64,000 bases of DNA from an uncultured Gammaproteobacteria bacterium (GCA_964596525.1 CAZQUL010000001.1:76830-140829), one strand, 5' to 3'; positions 8,971 through 18,722 are shown, counted from the stretch's first letter. Numbers and translations: made by a program. Notes: generated by a model from the sequence alone, not told the origin.

Positions 8971-10026
8971 ATGCGAAACACGCTGCCGAAGAATGCCTTG
9001 GAGCAGCAAATGACCGCCTATCTCACCACGCTCTGCTCAATAGCCGAAGGAGACACATTTCTCGCCTTGCGAATCGCAGAACTCATCGAGGAGTTCCTCC
9101 GCAACGAGTTCGCACCGATTCTGAAGACGCGGGCGGCGGACGACTTCACTGCGGCGGCAGAAGACCGCGCGCTGATTGGGAAGCTCGAGCAAGCAGGGAA
9201 GAACGTGACTCTGAACGAGGTCATCCCCAACATGCCAGACACGTTTCATGACATTGATTGGGGCGCTTTGATTCTCATTGGCCACACGCTGAGGAGCCGC
9301 CCCCCCGAAGGAATTGCGGATGCGAAGCTCAACCCGGTTCTCTTGTCGAGCATGGCCGGGGCATTCTTCACCGAATGCTTTGTGCAGGCTGCTCCTGCCC
9401 GCTACAAGACGTCGTGCGAAGGCTTTGTCCACTGGATAGCAAACATGTTTTTCCGAGCAGACAAGAAGAGCACCCTTGCGATATGGGAAGCGGCGGGTCG
9501 GCGACCGAGCAGTGCCGAGAAGCAACGGCAGGATTTGCGCGATATGCTGCGTATTAAGTCCTGCATCCGGCGCGCACACCTGAGCAGCGCTCGCTTCGAT
9601 CAGGTCGTACTCATACCCGACCGGTGGCCGACCTGGTGGTACATCGAACAGCCCAAGCTCTGGGGAGAAACCCTCGCCTGCCGACGGCACGGTGAATGGC
9701 TCATCAAGGAAATCTTTTCCACGGTGACCGGTGAGCGCGTGCAGATCCAGTCCGTCGACCGTACCCACACCGCATTCGATCTGGTCGGCAGCATGCAATT
9801 CCTGCCCGAATACGAGACGTTCGAGCTCGTGAAGACAGGCAGGTGCAAGGAAACCCACTTCGTCTCTGTAACGCGCGATAACATGATCGTACTCAAGCTT
9901 TCCGACCAGGAGGGCAGAGCCACTCTTTCCTATGACGAGTATCTACAACAGATCCTCGAGCTTATCCGTGTCGGCCGCCTCGACCCGAACACGTACGATC
10001 AGATCCTCGCTGAATATCCTACCTAA
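8971..10026 (+). CDS. hypothetical protein, 351 aa
   Basis: AAGGAGA RBS. No recognisable motif. Own promoter and terminator. Confidence 0.6.
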   Translation: MRNTLPKNALEQQMTAYLTTLCSIAEGDTFLALRIAELIEEFLRNEFAPILKTRAADDFTAAAEDRALIGKLEQAGKNVTLNEVIPNMPDTFHDIDWGALILIGHTLRSRPPEGIADAKLNPVLLSSMAGAFFTECFVQAAPARYKTSCEGFVHWIANMFFRADKKSTLAIWEAAGRRPSSAEKQRQDLRDMLRIKSCIRRAHLSSARFDQVVLIPDRWPTWWYIEQPKLWGETLACRRHGEWLIKEIFSTVTGERVQIQSVDRTHTAFDLVGSMQFLPEYETFELVKTGRCKETHFVSVTRDNMIVLKLSDQEGRATLSYDEYLQQILELIRVGRLDPNTYDQILAEYPT

Positions 10027-10291
10027 AGCGTACCGACCCGGACGCTCCTACCACTACAAGCCAAGCCTGCGGGCTTGGCTCTTCCATAGAATTTCTCACC
10101 ACGAGATTCTTCGAAGATACCTATTACACCCCGTCTACTTTATCTTCCCCAGCAAGTCTTGACCTTTATTACTTAGTGTGATATATACAATATATTAAAC
10201 AGTCGGATTGGCATCCGTGGAAACCGATCGTTTCCAGGGCTGCCAACGCAGCCAAAATCAACGCAATCACACCAGAATACAGGAGGGACCT

Positions 10292-11641
10292 ATGGACCAG
10301 CTCCACGACCTTTTCATGAACGCAAACCGCCAGTACAACGATCTCCTTAAGCAGGTACGGATCGCGGCCAAGGGGCTGCAGCAGGCAGCAATCCTGGCGT
10401 GCGTTTCGCATACCGGACTCGGCTTCTTGTTTCCGCTCACGCTTTGGGGCGACAACAGCGGCGGCAGCTCGGCCATCTTGGGGAGCGGCCGTCAGCTCTA
10501 CCCTGAGTCTGACACGCGCCGTCTGGTCGGCTGGGAGGTAAAAGCTTTTGCTGCGCCGTTTACGGCCGCGGGCATGAGCAGCGCCACGTGGTTTGAACAG
10601 GCCGGAACGTATACCAAGGCCGGCAAGATCGATCTCTTGCCGCGTCTCACGAGCATGGGCCTCGCCGGCTACATCCAGAAAGAAAACCAGCGTCCGGCAC
10701 GACCGACCATTTCGATCGTCTGCCACCGGCTCGAGGAGCACGTGCTCAAGGGCTACGTGGTCACGGTAACCGCCCACAAGGAGCAGAGCCGGCTCGATCA
10801 AGAGATGATTGCCACCCTGGTGGCACTCAACTTCTTCTTGGCCCTGACCGGGCGCGAACAGGTACCGATCCCCCGCGCGCTCATGGGCCAGGCATATGCC
10901 GAGCAGGGACTCACCGCCCAAGGTGATTATTACTATGTCACGCCCCAGGCAATTGCCATCCCCTTCCCCGGCGAGAAGTTCATCAAGAACGGGAGTGTGT
11001 TCATCACCGAGAGCGGCGCAACCGAAGGCGCGAACGCGCGGTTCAACCCCGCGACCGACGCACTCATGTGCGGGAGTTTCTTTCCGGCCCAGGCCGCGCA
11101 CGATGAAACCGCCACACGCCTCGCCGAGCAGATCGGTAAGCGCGTGGTGATAGAGCTCGTTGCCGAAAATGCGGATCCGCGTAAAGGCACGGTCGCAACC
11201 GACGAGCTCATCCGGCGCGCACTCCAGTTCTACGGTCATCGTCCGGTTCTGATCCGGCAGAAGTGCGGTACATTCCTCGATAAGGCCGAGCTTGCGCACG
11301 CCGAAGCCCGTGCCGCCGGCATCGACTTTGCGACGCAGGACTTCGCGATCGGTATGGATACGGCCACCCGCCTCTTTCTTGAAGCGCACTGCGCGCGCTA
11401 CGGCGGTGTCTCGGCCGTACTCGAGCGGCTCTACGCGGCCAAGGCTCGCTTTCACATCGTGGAACGCGCCACGCATCCCGCCGAACCCCGCCTGCCGAGC
11501 TTCCGTGAATTCGTCCGGCCGTTCATCGGCACGCCGTATGAGGAGATGTTCGAGCCGCTCCAGACCAGCTTCCGCCGCTGCCCGCTGAGCTCAAGCGACG
11601 TTCGCGCCATCTGCAACCAGAACCCGCGCCAGGCCGCTTAG
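10292..11641 (+). CDS. hypothetical protein, 449 aa
   Basis: AGGAGGG RBS then ATG at 10292. AT-rich promoter upstream. No recognised family. Confidence 0.6.
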   Translation: MDQLHDLFMNANRQYNDLLKQVRIAAKGLQQAAILACVSHTGLGFLFPLTLWGDNSGGSSAILGSGRQLYPESDTRRLVGWEVKAFAAPFTAAGMSSATWFEQAGTYTKAGKIDLLPRLTSMGLAGYIQKENQRPARPTISIVCHRLEEHVLKGYVVTVTAHKEQSRLDQEMIATLVALNFFLALTGREQVPIPRALMGQAYAEQGLTAQGDYYYVTPQAIAIPFPGEKFIKNGSVFITESGATEGANARFNPATDALMCGSFFPAQAAHDETATRLAEQIGKRVVIELVAENADPRKGTVATDELIRRALQFYGHRPVLIRQKCGTFLDKAELAHAEARAAGIDFATQDFAIGMDTATRLFLEAHCARYGGVSAVLERLYAAKARFHIVERATHPAEPRLPSFREFVRPFIGTPYEEMFEPLQTSFRRCPLSSSDVRAICNQNPRQAA

Positions 11642-11666
11642 AAGCCCTTTGTTCTTTAGCCTTCAA

Positions 11667-11699
11667 CCCCGACCGAGGAAAACTCGGATCGGGGTTTTT
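11667..11699 (+). terminator. intrinsic terminator
   Basis: CCCCGACCGAG-GAAAA-CTCGGATCGGGG followed by TTTTT. Confidence 0.6.
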
Positions 11700-11714
11700 G
11701 AATATAAAACTATA

Positions 11715-11743
11715 TTGACAGGGAGTCGGGAAACGGTTATCAT
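11715..11743 (+). promoter_or_regulatory. sigma70-like promoter TTGACA-N17-TATCAT driving the tRNA locus
   Basis: TTGACAGGGAGTCGGGAAACGGTTATCAT, about 20 nt upstream of the first tRNA-like sequence. Confidence 0.45.
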
Positions 11744-11764
11744 GGGCAAGAATTCACTCAATCA

Positions 11765-11846
11765 GGCAGGGTGGCGATGGTGGTAAGAGCACGGGATTCA
11801 TAACCCGCACCCACAGGACGAGAAGTTCGATTCTCTCCCGAGAGGA
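11765..11846 (+). pseudogene. degenerate tRNA-Met(CAT)-like copy, probable tRNA pseudogene
   Basis: Shares GGCAGGGT..GGTAAGAGCACGGGATTCATAACCC and GTTCGATTCTCTCCC with the downstream tRNA-Met. Acceptor, D and anticodon stems do not pair, and there is an 8-nt insertion in the variable region. Confidence 0.4.
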
Positions 11847-11862
11847 ATTTCATACAATACTA

Positions 11863-11936
11863 GGCAGGGTAGCTCAGTTGGTAAGAGCACGGGATTCATA
11901 ACCCCGAGGTCGAGAGTTCGATTCTCTCCCCTGTCA
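11863..11936 (+). tRNA. tRNA-Met (anticodon CAT; could also be tRNA-Ile2/lysidine type)
   Basis: GGCAGGGTAGCTCAGTTGGTAAGAGCACGGGATTCATAACCCCGAGGTCGAGAGTTCGATTCTCTCCCCTGTCA. Cloverleaf folds cleanly with a TTCGATT T-loop. 74 nt. Confidence 0.85.
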
Positions 11937-11967
11937 CAAAAATTCACCACATCCGAACCCGTTTCGT

Positions 11968-12732
11968 ATGAACCTCATCACCCTCAATACCTGGGGCGGA
12001 CGCGCTGGAAAAACCAACTTACTGTCATTCTTTGAACGATATCGGGAAACCGCTATTTTTTGTTTACAGGAGATTTGGGCCGCGCCATACGAACATCTAA
12101 ACGGTCACGCGGCCGGCGGTTTGGCGATTGATCACAGCAACATCCTTGTCCATGGACGGCAAAAAATCGCGGATATTTTGGATAACCACACCTCGTATTT
12201 CCGTCCGCACTTTATGGATAATTACGGCCTCCTGTCGTTAGTGAGAAAAGATATCCCGTTAGTAACCGAAGGTGACGTATTCGTACATAAAGAAAAAGGC
12301 TTTATGCCGGCAGGAGACATTGGCATGCATGCGCGCAACATGCAGTTCGTAACGATCGAGACACCGCACGGACAACGCTCGATCCTTAATTTTCATGGGT
12401 TGTGGAATGGACAGGGTAAAGGCGACAGCGCAGAACGCTTGACGCAATCGGATAGGATTATCGCTTTTCTAAAAACTCTCAATCATCCGTACGTGCTTGC
12501 CGGTGATTTTAATCTCACGCCAGCTACCGAAAGCATCAAAAAACTGGAACGCTCCGGTATGCGCAATCTGATTACGGAGTATGGCATTGCATCGACCCGG
12601 ACGAGCTTTTACACCAAGCCAGAGAAATTCGCGGATTACGTTTTTGTAAGCGAGGGTATTACGATTAATGATTTTAGAGTGTTACCCGACGAAGTTTCAG
12701 ATCATAACGCCCTGTATCTAGATTTTACCTGA
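11968..12732 (+). CDS. endonuclease/exonuclease/phosphatase (EEP) family protein
   Basis: QEIW, LAGDFN and SDHNALYLDF motifs typical of the EEP fold. Confidence 0.65.
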   Translation: MNLITLNTWGGRAGKTNLLSFFERYRETAIFCLQEIWAAPYEHLNGHAAGGLAIDHSNILVHGRQKIADILDNHTSYFRPHFMDNYGLLSLVRKDIPLVTEGDVFVHKEKGFMPAGDIGMHARNMQFVTIETPHGQRSILNFHGLWNGQGKGDSAERLTQSDRIIAFLKTLNHPYVLAGDFNLTPATESIKKLERSGMRNLITEYGIASTRTSFYTKPEKFADYVFVSEGITINDFRVLPDEVSDHNALYLDFT

Positions 12733-12782
12733 GTCGATTTTCAGAGATACTAATCCGTGATACAAAATAAAGATATTACGCG

Positions 12783-12924
12783 TCATTGTAAGGAGGGACG
12801 ACGAAGCAATCTCCTTGATAGTAGAGTGGCCTCTGAATTACGGAGGGATTGCCCGCCCGGCACGCCTTTGCTGCCGTGGCGGACGGGCTCTTCGTCAGTC
12901 ATGTAACTCCTTCCTCGCAATGAC
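12783..12924. mobile_element. MITE-like repeat, copy A (142 bp)
   Basis: Terminal inverted repeats GTCATTGTAAGG / CCTCGCAATGAC. Internal segments shared with the copies at 41036 and 51289. Intergenic between the EEP gene and tsaD. Confidence 0.6.
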
Positions 12925-12953
12925 GGTATAAATATGTTTTCTAAATCTCTCCT

Positions 12954-14060
12954 ATGCTCGTCCTCGGCATTGAAACCTCCTGCGACGATACATCCGTCGC
13001 GCTTGTCGACTGTTCAAAGAGCGGTTGTTTTGTCGTGGCCGAGCGCACTGCTTCGCAGATCGATCTGCATAAAATTTACGGTGGCGTCGTACCCGAGCTC
13101 GCCGGCCGCCAGCATGCCGAAGCCATCGTTCCGCTCATCGAAACGGTGTTGGAAGGACACGGACATCCAGACCTCATCTCCGTCACTGCTGGGCCAGGCC
13201 TCGTCACCGGTCTCATTGTCGGCGTGGAAGCCGCGCGGACGTTGTCGTGCGCCTGGAATATCCCGGTTGTGGCAACCAACCATATTGACGGCCACATTCA
13301 CTCGGTCGAGATCCAAAAACAAGGTACGATTTTTGAATCGGCGCCGCGTATTTCGTTTCCCGCGCTGGCACTCGTTGTTTCCGGCGGGCATACCGAACTT
13401 GTTCTTTTGAACGATCATGATGACTACCAGATTATCGGCCGCACGCACGATGATGCTGCTGGCGAATGTTTTGACAAAGTTGCAAAACTTTTAGAGCTCC
13501 CCTACCCTGGCGGACCGAAAATTTCCAAACTCGCAGTAAATGGCCGCACCGATGCCATCACGTTCCCTCGGCCAATGCTCCACGAAAAAAATTACGATTT
13601 CAGTTTTTCGGGCCTTAAGACGTCGGCGCTCTACTGGCTGCGCGACAACAAACTGAGCGCGATGAATGTTAATCCGCTTGCCGGTGTGCCGAGCGGCATT
13701 TTCGGCACCGTATCCGAACCACCGACCATCGAGGATTTTTGCGCCAGCTTTGAGCAAGCGATCGTCGATACGCTGGTCGGCAAAACCCTCAAAGCCGCGC
13801 TAGAATTTAAACCTAAAAGCATCCTCCTTGTAGGCGGCGTGAGTGCCAACCGCAAACTGCGCGAGACGCTTGAGGCAGCGACCCGGAGCGAGTTACCTGA
13901 CACGGCGTGTTTACTTTCGGCACCGGGATATTCCATGGATAACGGCGCGATGATCGCGGTAGCGGGGTATTATAAATTTCTTAAACAGGGTCCGACTGAG
14001 TGGAAGGAATTGGATGTTGATCCGAATTGGCGGGTGGATGCCAACTTCCAAAAAAACTAA
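12954..14060 (+). CDS. tsaD: tRNA N6-threonylcarbamoyladenosine synthase TsaD (Kae1/YgjD family)
   Basis: MLVLGIETSCDDTSVALV N-terminus and conserved His/Asp metal motifs. Confidence 0.85.
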   Translation: MLVLGIETSCDDTSVALVDCSKSGCFVVAERTASQIDLHKIYGGVVPELAGRQHAEAIVPLIETVLEGHGHPDLISVTAGPGLVTGLIVGVEAARTLSCAWNIPVVATNHIDGHIHSVEIQKQGTIFESAPRISFPALALVVSGGHTELVLLNDHDDYQIIGRTHDDAAGECFDKVAKLLELPYPGGPKISKLAVNGRTDAITFPRPMLHEKNYDFSFSGLKTSALYWLRDNKLSAMNVNPLAGVPSGIFGTVSEPPTIEDFCASFEQAIVDTLVGKTLKAALEFKPKSILLVGGVSANRKLRETLEAATRSELPDTACLLSAPGYSMDNGAMIAVAGYYKFLKQGPTEWKELDVDPNWRVDANFQKN

Positions 14061-14068
14061 CTAGATCT

Positions 14069-14746
14069 ATGCAGGTAAACACGCGGCGCATTATTCGCTA
14101 CTCCCTTATTGGTATTACCGCAGCGCTTCTTTTCTTTTTATATATCAATCTCCACATCCTCGTTTCCGGTTCACGCAGAATCGTAAGCCAAGGCAACAAC
14201 CCCCGTTCGCAAGCTATTTTGGTGCTTGGCGCAGCGGTATACAGGAATGGTCGCTTGAGCGATATGTACCAAGATCGTGCACAGACCGCGCTTGACCTCT
14301 ATAACGCTGGTGCAGCGCCCTATATTATTGTAAGCGGTGACAATAGCACGGTTGACTACGATGAAGTGACCCCGGTCAAAAAATTCCTCATCGCGAACGG
14401 CGTACCGTCGACGAGCGTGTTTTTGGATTATGCCGGGTTCGATACGTACGATAGCTTGTACCGGACGCGAGATATTTTTGGCGTAACGTCGACCATTGTA
14501 GTAACGCAGCGTTTTCATCTGCCACGTGCTTTATATATTGGAAAAAAACTCGGCCTGCACGTACAGGGTGTTGTCGCGGACCGGCATCACTACCGGGGCA
14601 TACGATATTCGTATCTGCGCGAAAACGCCGCACGGCTCAAGGCCTGGTGGAACGTAATGGTCGAGTCGAAACCCAAATTCTTGGGCGATAAAATTGAACT
14701 GAATAGTGATAAAGGCACGGCGGGACAGACGGTGACGAAACAATAA
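14069..14746 (+). CDS. DUF218 / SanA-YdcF-like membrane-anchored protein
   Basis: N-terminal TM helix, then ILVLGAAV...IIVSGDN...GVPS pattern typical of DUF218. Confidence 0.6.
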   Translation: MQVNTRRIIRYSLIGITAALLFFLYINLHILVSGSRRIVSQGNNPRSQAILVLGAAVYRNGRLSDMYQDRAQTALDLYNAGAAPYIIVSGDNSTVDYDEVTPVKKFLIANGVPSTSVFLDYAGFDTYDSLYRTRDIFGVTSTIVVTQRFHLPRALYIGKKLGLHVQGVVADRHHYRGIRYSYLRENAARLKAWWNVMVESKPKFLGDKIELNSDKGTAGQTVTKQ

Positions 14747-14767
14747 ACAAGTAACGATCTCACACGC

Positions 14768-15463
14768 TCAACGCCACGACGGAACAGCGATTTCAAAACA
14801 CTCAGTGGCATAACGACGGATGAATACTTCTGCCTCCGGAGAGGTAGAAAGAGAAGCAACTGCCTCAACTGAAGCTTGCGCGAGGGTGATAAGCAAGCGA
14901 CGCAATGCTGGGCTGATTTCAAAAAATGATGCACGCTGAGGGAGCGCAACATGCTCTTGGCACAGCGCTCTTTTTTCAAAGAAGCTGAAAAATATTTTTT
15001 CGTCTTTAGAAAACGCATGCTCTTCCAAGCACTGATCGATATTCAAACCAAAACCGAGAATCGCCAAGGTGTTCAAAATAAACGAAGCGGTAACCACATC
15101 GGGATTACGCGGCAGGTGTTCGAGAGCTGCAAAAAGCAGATCGAATAACCGCGGCTCCGGGGCAGAGCTTAACGTAAGACGGGCAGTCATATTTACCACC
15201 CACTGCCGCGCCGTAAGCGCAGGTCGATCAAGGGTAAACGAAACCGGCTCGAGCGAGCGAGCGCGGATAAGCACCGGACGCTCTTTGCCGCTGATAATAT
15301 CCGCTTCGATGGCCGTGCCCGGTTCCAAAAACGGACTGTTTTTACTGAGGATTTTTTTGGTGCCTTTGATGAGAGTTTCGAGTTTGCCGCGCTCGCGCGT
15401 AAAAAGGGTGACGACTTCGTCGTACTCGCGCCAGGCACTGCGGTTCAGGACGATCGCTTCCAT
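14768..15463 (-). CDS. recO: DNA repair protein RecO
   Basis: N-terminal OB-fold pattern AIVLNRSAWREYDEVVTLFTRERGKL. Sits beside ruvX. Confidence 0.6.
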   Translation of the reverse strand: MEAIVLNRSAWREYDEVVTLFTRERGKLETLIKGTKKILSKNSPFLEPGTAIEADIISGKERPVLIRARSLEPVSFTLDRPALTARQWVVNMTARLTLSSAPEPRLFDLLFAALEHLPRNPDVVTASFILNTLAILGFGLNIDQCLEEHAFSKDEKIFFSFFEKRALCQEHVALPQRASFFEISPALRRLLITLAQASVEAVASLSTSPEAEVFIRRYATECFEIAVPSWR

Positions 15464-15473
15464 ATACGACAGG

Positions 15474-15857
15474 TTACTTCGTCGCAGTCAGATAATCTTC
15501 AAGGATAGTCATGGCAGCGCGTTCATCGCGCGAAACGGTACCGCCGTGGGCAATTGCCAGACGGGTCGTAAATCGTTCATCTACCCATTCGCACGGGATG
15601 CCAATATTTTCGACAAGCGGCATGACGCGTTCTTTAATGCGCGCCGCTTCCGTACTTTCAACTCCATTGAGCGTGCGAGGCAAACCGATGATAATTTTTT
15701 CGGGATGATATTCGTTACTCAAAACGCGCAACGCTTCGGCTGCTGGAGCCGGTTCTTCCATAGGAATAATACCGATCGGCAAAACCACGCCGATCGTCGT
15801 GTCGACAAAAGCCACTCCCATTCTCTTGGTTCCCGCGTCCAACGCCATCATTTTCAT
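15474..15857 (-). CDS. ruvX: Holliday-junction resolvase-like YqgF/RuvX
   Basis: ALDAGTKRMGVAFVD and IIIGLP motifs. Confidence 0.85.
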   Translation of the reverse strand: MKMMALDAGTKRMGVAFVDTTIGVVLPIGIIPMEEPAPAAEALRVLSNEYHPEKIIIGLPRTLNGVESTEAARIKERVMPLVENIGIPCEWVDERFTTRLAIAHGGTVSRDERAAMTILEDYLTATK

Positions 15858-15872
15858 AGAGCGGAGAGAAAA

Positions 15873-16688
15873 TTATGCGCCGAGTTCGCCCGGGCGACGC
15901 GTCACGACCGTATTGCCACGGCGGTTGATGATGAGCGTATGTTCAAAATGCGCGCACGGTGATTTGTCGGCAACGACAATGGTCCACCCATCACGCAGAG
16001 TTTTGACGCGCGTTTCACCCGAAAGAGAAATCATCGGTTCAAGGGCAAGCACCATGCCCGGTTTGAGGATAATATTTTCGAGCGCCGGATCATAATAGTT
16101 GGGTACGGCCGGATCTTCGTGCACAGCATGACCAACACCATGACCCACCAAATCGCGGACAATGCCGTAGGAACCTTCCGAGCGCACGAACGCTTCGATG
16201 GCGCGGCCAATAGACGCGACAGATTTACCAGGGAGCGCAGCCTTGATACCCACTTCGAGTGCTTGCTGGGTGACGCGCAGCAGGCGCTCGATTTCTTTGT
16301 CGACCGTACCGATCATGATGGTAACGGCCGTGTCGGTAAAATAACCACGCTTTTTATCGCCCGGGCGGCGTGGCCACTCCATACCGATATCGATGCTGAA
16401 AATATCCCCTTCTTTAAGGATAACGTCGGCGCGCGGAATACCATGGACCAATTCTTCATTCACCGAAGCGCAGATGGTACCCGGAAACGGCGGGTCATCG
16501 CGGCGTGTAGTGTAACCTTTGAAGGCTGGTACGCCGCCGACTTTGAGAATGAGCTCTTCGGCCTTATCGTCGATATCTTTGAGACTCATGCCCGGACGAG
16601 TAAACAAAACCAACTCATTGAGGATGGCACCCATAAGTTCACCGCCTTGTTTAATGGCCCGTTGTTCGGAAGGAGTTTTTAGTAACAT
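15873..16688 (-). CDS. map: methionine aminopeptidase type I
   Basis: Pita-bread fold metal ligands (D..D..H..E..E) and HGIP motif. Confidence 0.85.
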   Translation of the reverse strand: MLLKTPSEQRAIKQGGELMGAILNELVLFTRPGMSLKDIDDKAEELILKVGGVPAFKGYTTRRDDPPFPGTICASVNEELVHGIPRADVILKEGDIFSIDIGMEWPRRPGDKKRGYFTDTAVTIMIGTVDKEIERLLRVTQQALEVGIKAALPGKSVASIGRAIEAFVRSEGSYGIVRDLVGHGVGHAVHEDPAVPNYYDPALENIILKPGMVLALEPMISLSGETRVKTLRDGWTIVVADKSPCAHFEHTLIINRRGNTVVTRRPGELGA

Positions 16689-16721
16689 AGTATACAGGAC
16701 ACCTGAGCGCCGAGGTCTAAA

Positions 16722-17705
16722 CTAGCGCAGAATATCATATAATACCGGACTAAGCAAGGCTGGGCCAAATCCGCCTTCCGGGAGCTCAAAGTCGCGCGGG
16801 CAGATGTGGCGAGGCGCAAGTCCAGAAGTGTGTTTGTCGAGCACTTCCCAGCCGCGCTCGAGATACGCTTGGGTGAGCGCAGGCGTCATGAACGGAAAGT
16901 TATAGAGCACCGTGTCGATATGCCGTTCGGTATAATATTCGAGTTCGAAAACGGTTTCTTGCACCGAACGCGGCGACGGTTCACCGCGGATACGCCGGCC
17001 GTTGGCAACGACATGGATAAGGCGGGCCGGAGAATTGGCCAACGCTTCACGCACGCCTTCCGGAAGAAGTGTAGCGACAATGCTCGTATACAAATCACCT
17101 GGGCCAAAAATAATGTAATCCGCCGAACGGATGGCCGTAAGCGCATCGGGGTGAGCCGCGCGCGCCGGCGTAAGCCACAGCCGTTCGATAGTAAGATGCG
17201 GCGCAAAGTAGGGTTTGTCGAGCGCGTGTTCGGTGGAAGTTATGGTACCATCGCTCAACTCAGCGCACAAATGCGCGTGTTCGGTCGTAATAGGCACAAC
17301 GTTGCCAACGGTTTTAAGCGCGGTTTTAAGCATGTCGAGCGCATGCAGGATCCCACCTTCCTTCTGTAAAAACGTCAACAGCAAGTTACCGAGATTAGGG
17401 GCTTCGGCGGGAGAGGGGGCAAAATGGCGGCTTTCTGGAAAGCGGGTGTGGTACAAAATCGACCGGAGCATTTCGGATTCATGCTCGGACAAGGCAAGGA
17501 GGGCGCGCAGCAAATCACCAGGCGGCAGAACGCCGTATTTTTGGCGCAAAAAACCCGACGAACCGCCGGAATCGCTCATAGCAACGATACCGGTAATGTT
17601 GAACTGGTCGGCATAAGGCTTAAGCGCCTCCAAAACCGCGGAAGCACCACTACCACCGCCCAATACTACCACGTTTTTCTTGACAAATTGTGGAATTTCA
17701 GGCAT
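16722..17705 (-). CDS. YvcK/CofD-like (UPF0052) gluconeogenesis factor family protein
   Basis: VVLGGGSGASAVLEAL and SDSGGSSG motifs. Confidence 0.75.
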   Translation of the reverse strand: MPEIPQFVKKNVVVLGGGSGASAVLEALKPYADQFNITGIVAMSDSGGSSGFLRQKYGVLPPGDLLRALLALSEHESEMLRSILYHTRFPESRHFAPSPAEAPNLGNLLLTFLQKEGGILHALDMLKTALKTVGNVVPITTEHAHLCAELSDGTITSTEHALDKPYFAPHLTIERLWLTPARAAHPDALTAIRSADYIIFGPGDLYTSIVATLLPEGVREALANSPARLIHVVANGRRIRGEPSPRSVQETVFELEYYTERHIDTVLYNFPFMTPALTQAYLERGWEVLDKHTSGLAPRHICPRDFELPEGGFGPALLSPVLYDILR

Positions 17706-18003
17706 AATTGTTTGTTCAGATATCAGTGCTGTTTATATCAAAAATTCGATTTTCGCTCTTCGATCACGGCGGTTGAAATACCCAACCGTCGAAACCGGAA
17801 AGCGAGCCTGACGCAGATTCGAATCCTGCATGGTAAACGGCCCGTGCGTTTGCCGTTCGTCTAAATGGTTAAGATGCGCTATCCACGCTAGTACGACACA
17901 GCCACTCTCCTTCTCTACTGAGAAGGGAGTAGCGTTGAACTCTCCGCGAGCCTGGCTCGCGTATCGATACTAACAACCGTAACGGAAGAAGGAGGTGCAA
18001 GCC

Positions 18004-18450
18004 ATGCTAAGAACTCCGACCTTGTACGACATCACCGGCCTCACCACCGAGAGCGTGCTCGCCGCGCTCTACAACGCCGCGGTACAGATCTGCAATGATC
18101 CGAACGCGCCGAGCGTCATGACGGCCGAGCAGGCCTTCCAGGTACTCGGCGAGTGGCCGATCACCGCCAACTGGTCATTCGACTACCTGTACGGGAGGGC
18201 ACTCAAGGTCGGGCTGGGCCTCGAACCGCGTCAGAAGCTCGACCTGAGCGCCTACGACTCGCGCAACGGCACCGGCACCGGAGCCACCGCCCTCGCCATC
18301 CTGCGCGAGACCAAGAATCCGCAGCACCCGCACATCATCAACCTGCACCAGTACCACACGGATATGTTCAGGATGAAGTCCGCCGCCGTGCAGCTCCTCT
18401 ACGCAATGACCGACGATGAGCTCGCCGCCTCCCTGCGCATCAGGCCCTAG
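18004..18450 (+). CDS. hypothetical protein
   Basis: AAGGAGG RBS. ATG at 18004 preferred over GTG at 17995. Terminator hairpin follows at about 18455-18495. Confidence 0.5.
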   Translation: MLRTPTLYDITGLTTESVLAALYNAAVQICNDPNAPSVMTAEQAFQVLGEWPITANWSFDYLYGRALKVGLGLEPRQKLDLSAYDSRNGTGTGATALAILRETKNPQHPHIINLHQYHTDMFRMKSAAVQLLYAMTDDELAASLRIRP

Positions 18451-18722
18451 TTCATTCCCCAACCCCTCCCCGATTCGCTCGGCGAGGGGTTTATGTTTTA
18501 CCAGGCGCAATAAAGTACTATCACCTTACCATATACAATAACCGCGTCCATACGTTTGTTCGCGAATTTGACCGACCATTATTGAACGGACACATTTTCC
18601 TCACATCCACGCTCGCTGCGATTTTCGCGCTACAAAAATACGGGTAACCATGTTTTAACAGAACGCATTGACAAAGGACGAAAAAGGCTCTTCACTATGC
18701 TGGCCATTCAAGGAGGCTCTAC

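Noticed and set aside
10169-11476. A 435-aa minus-strand ORF.
   Set aside because: It lies entirely antisense to the better-supported + strand gene at 10292-11641, which has an RBS, promoter and terminator. Its composition is Arg/Ala/Gly-rich, typical of antisense frames in high-GC DNA.
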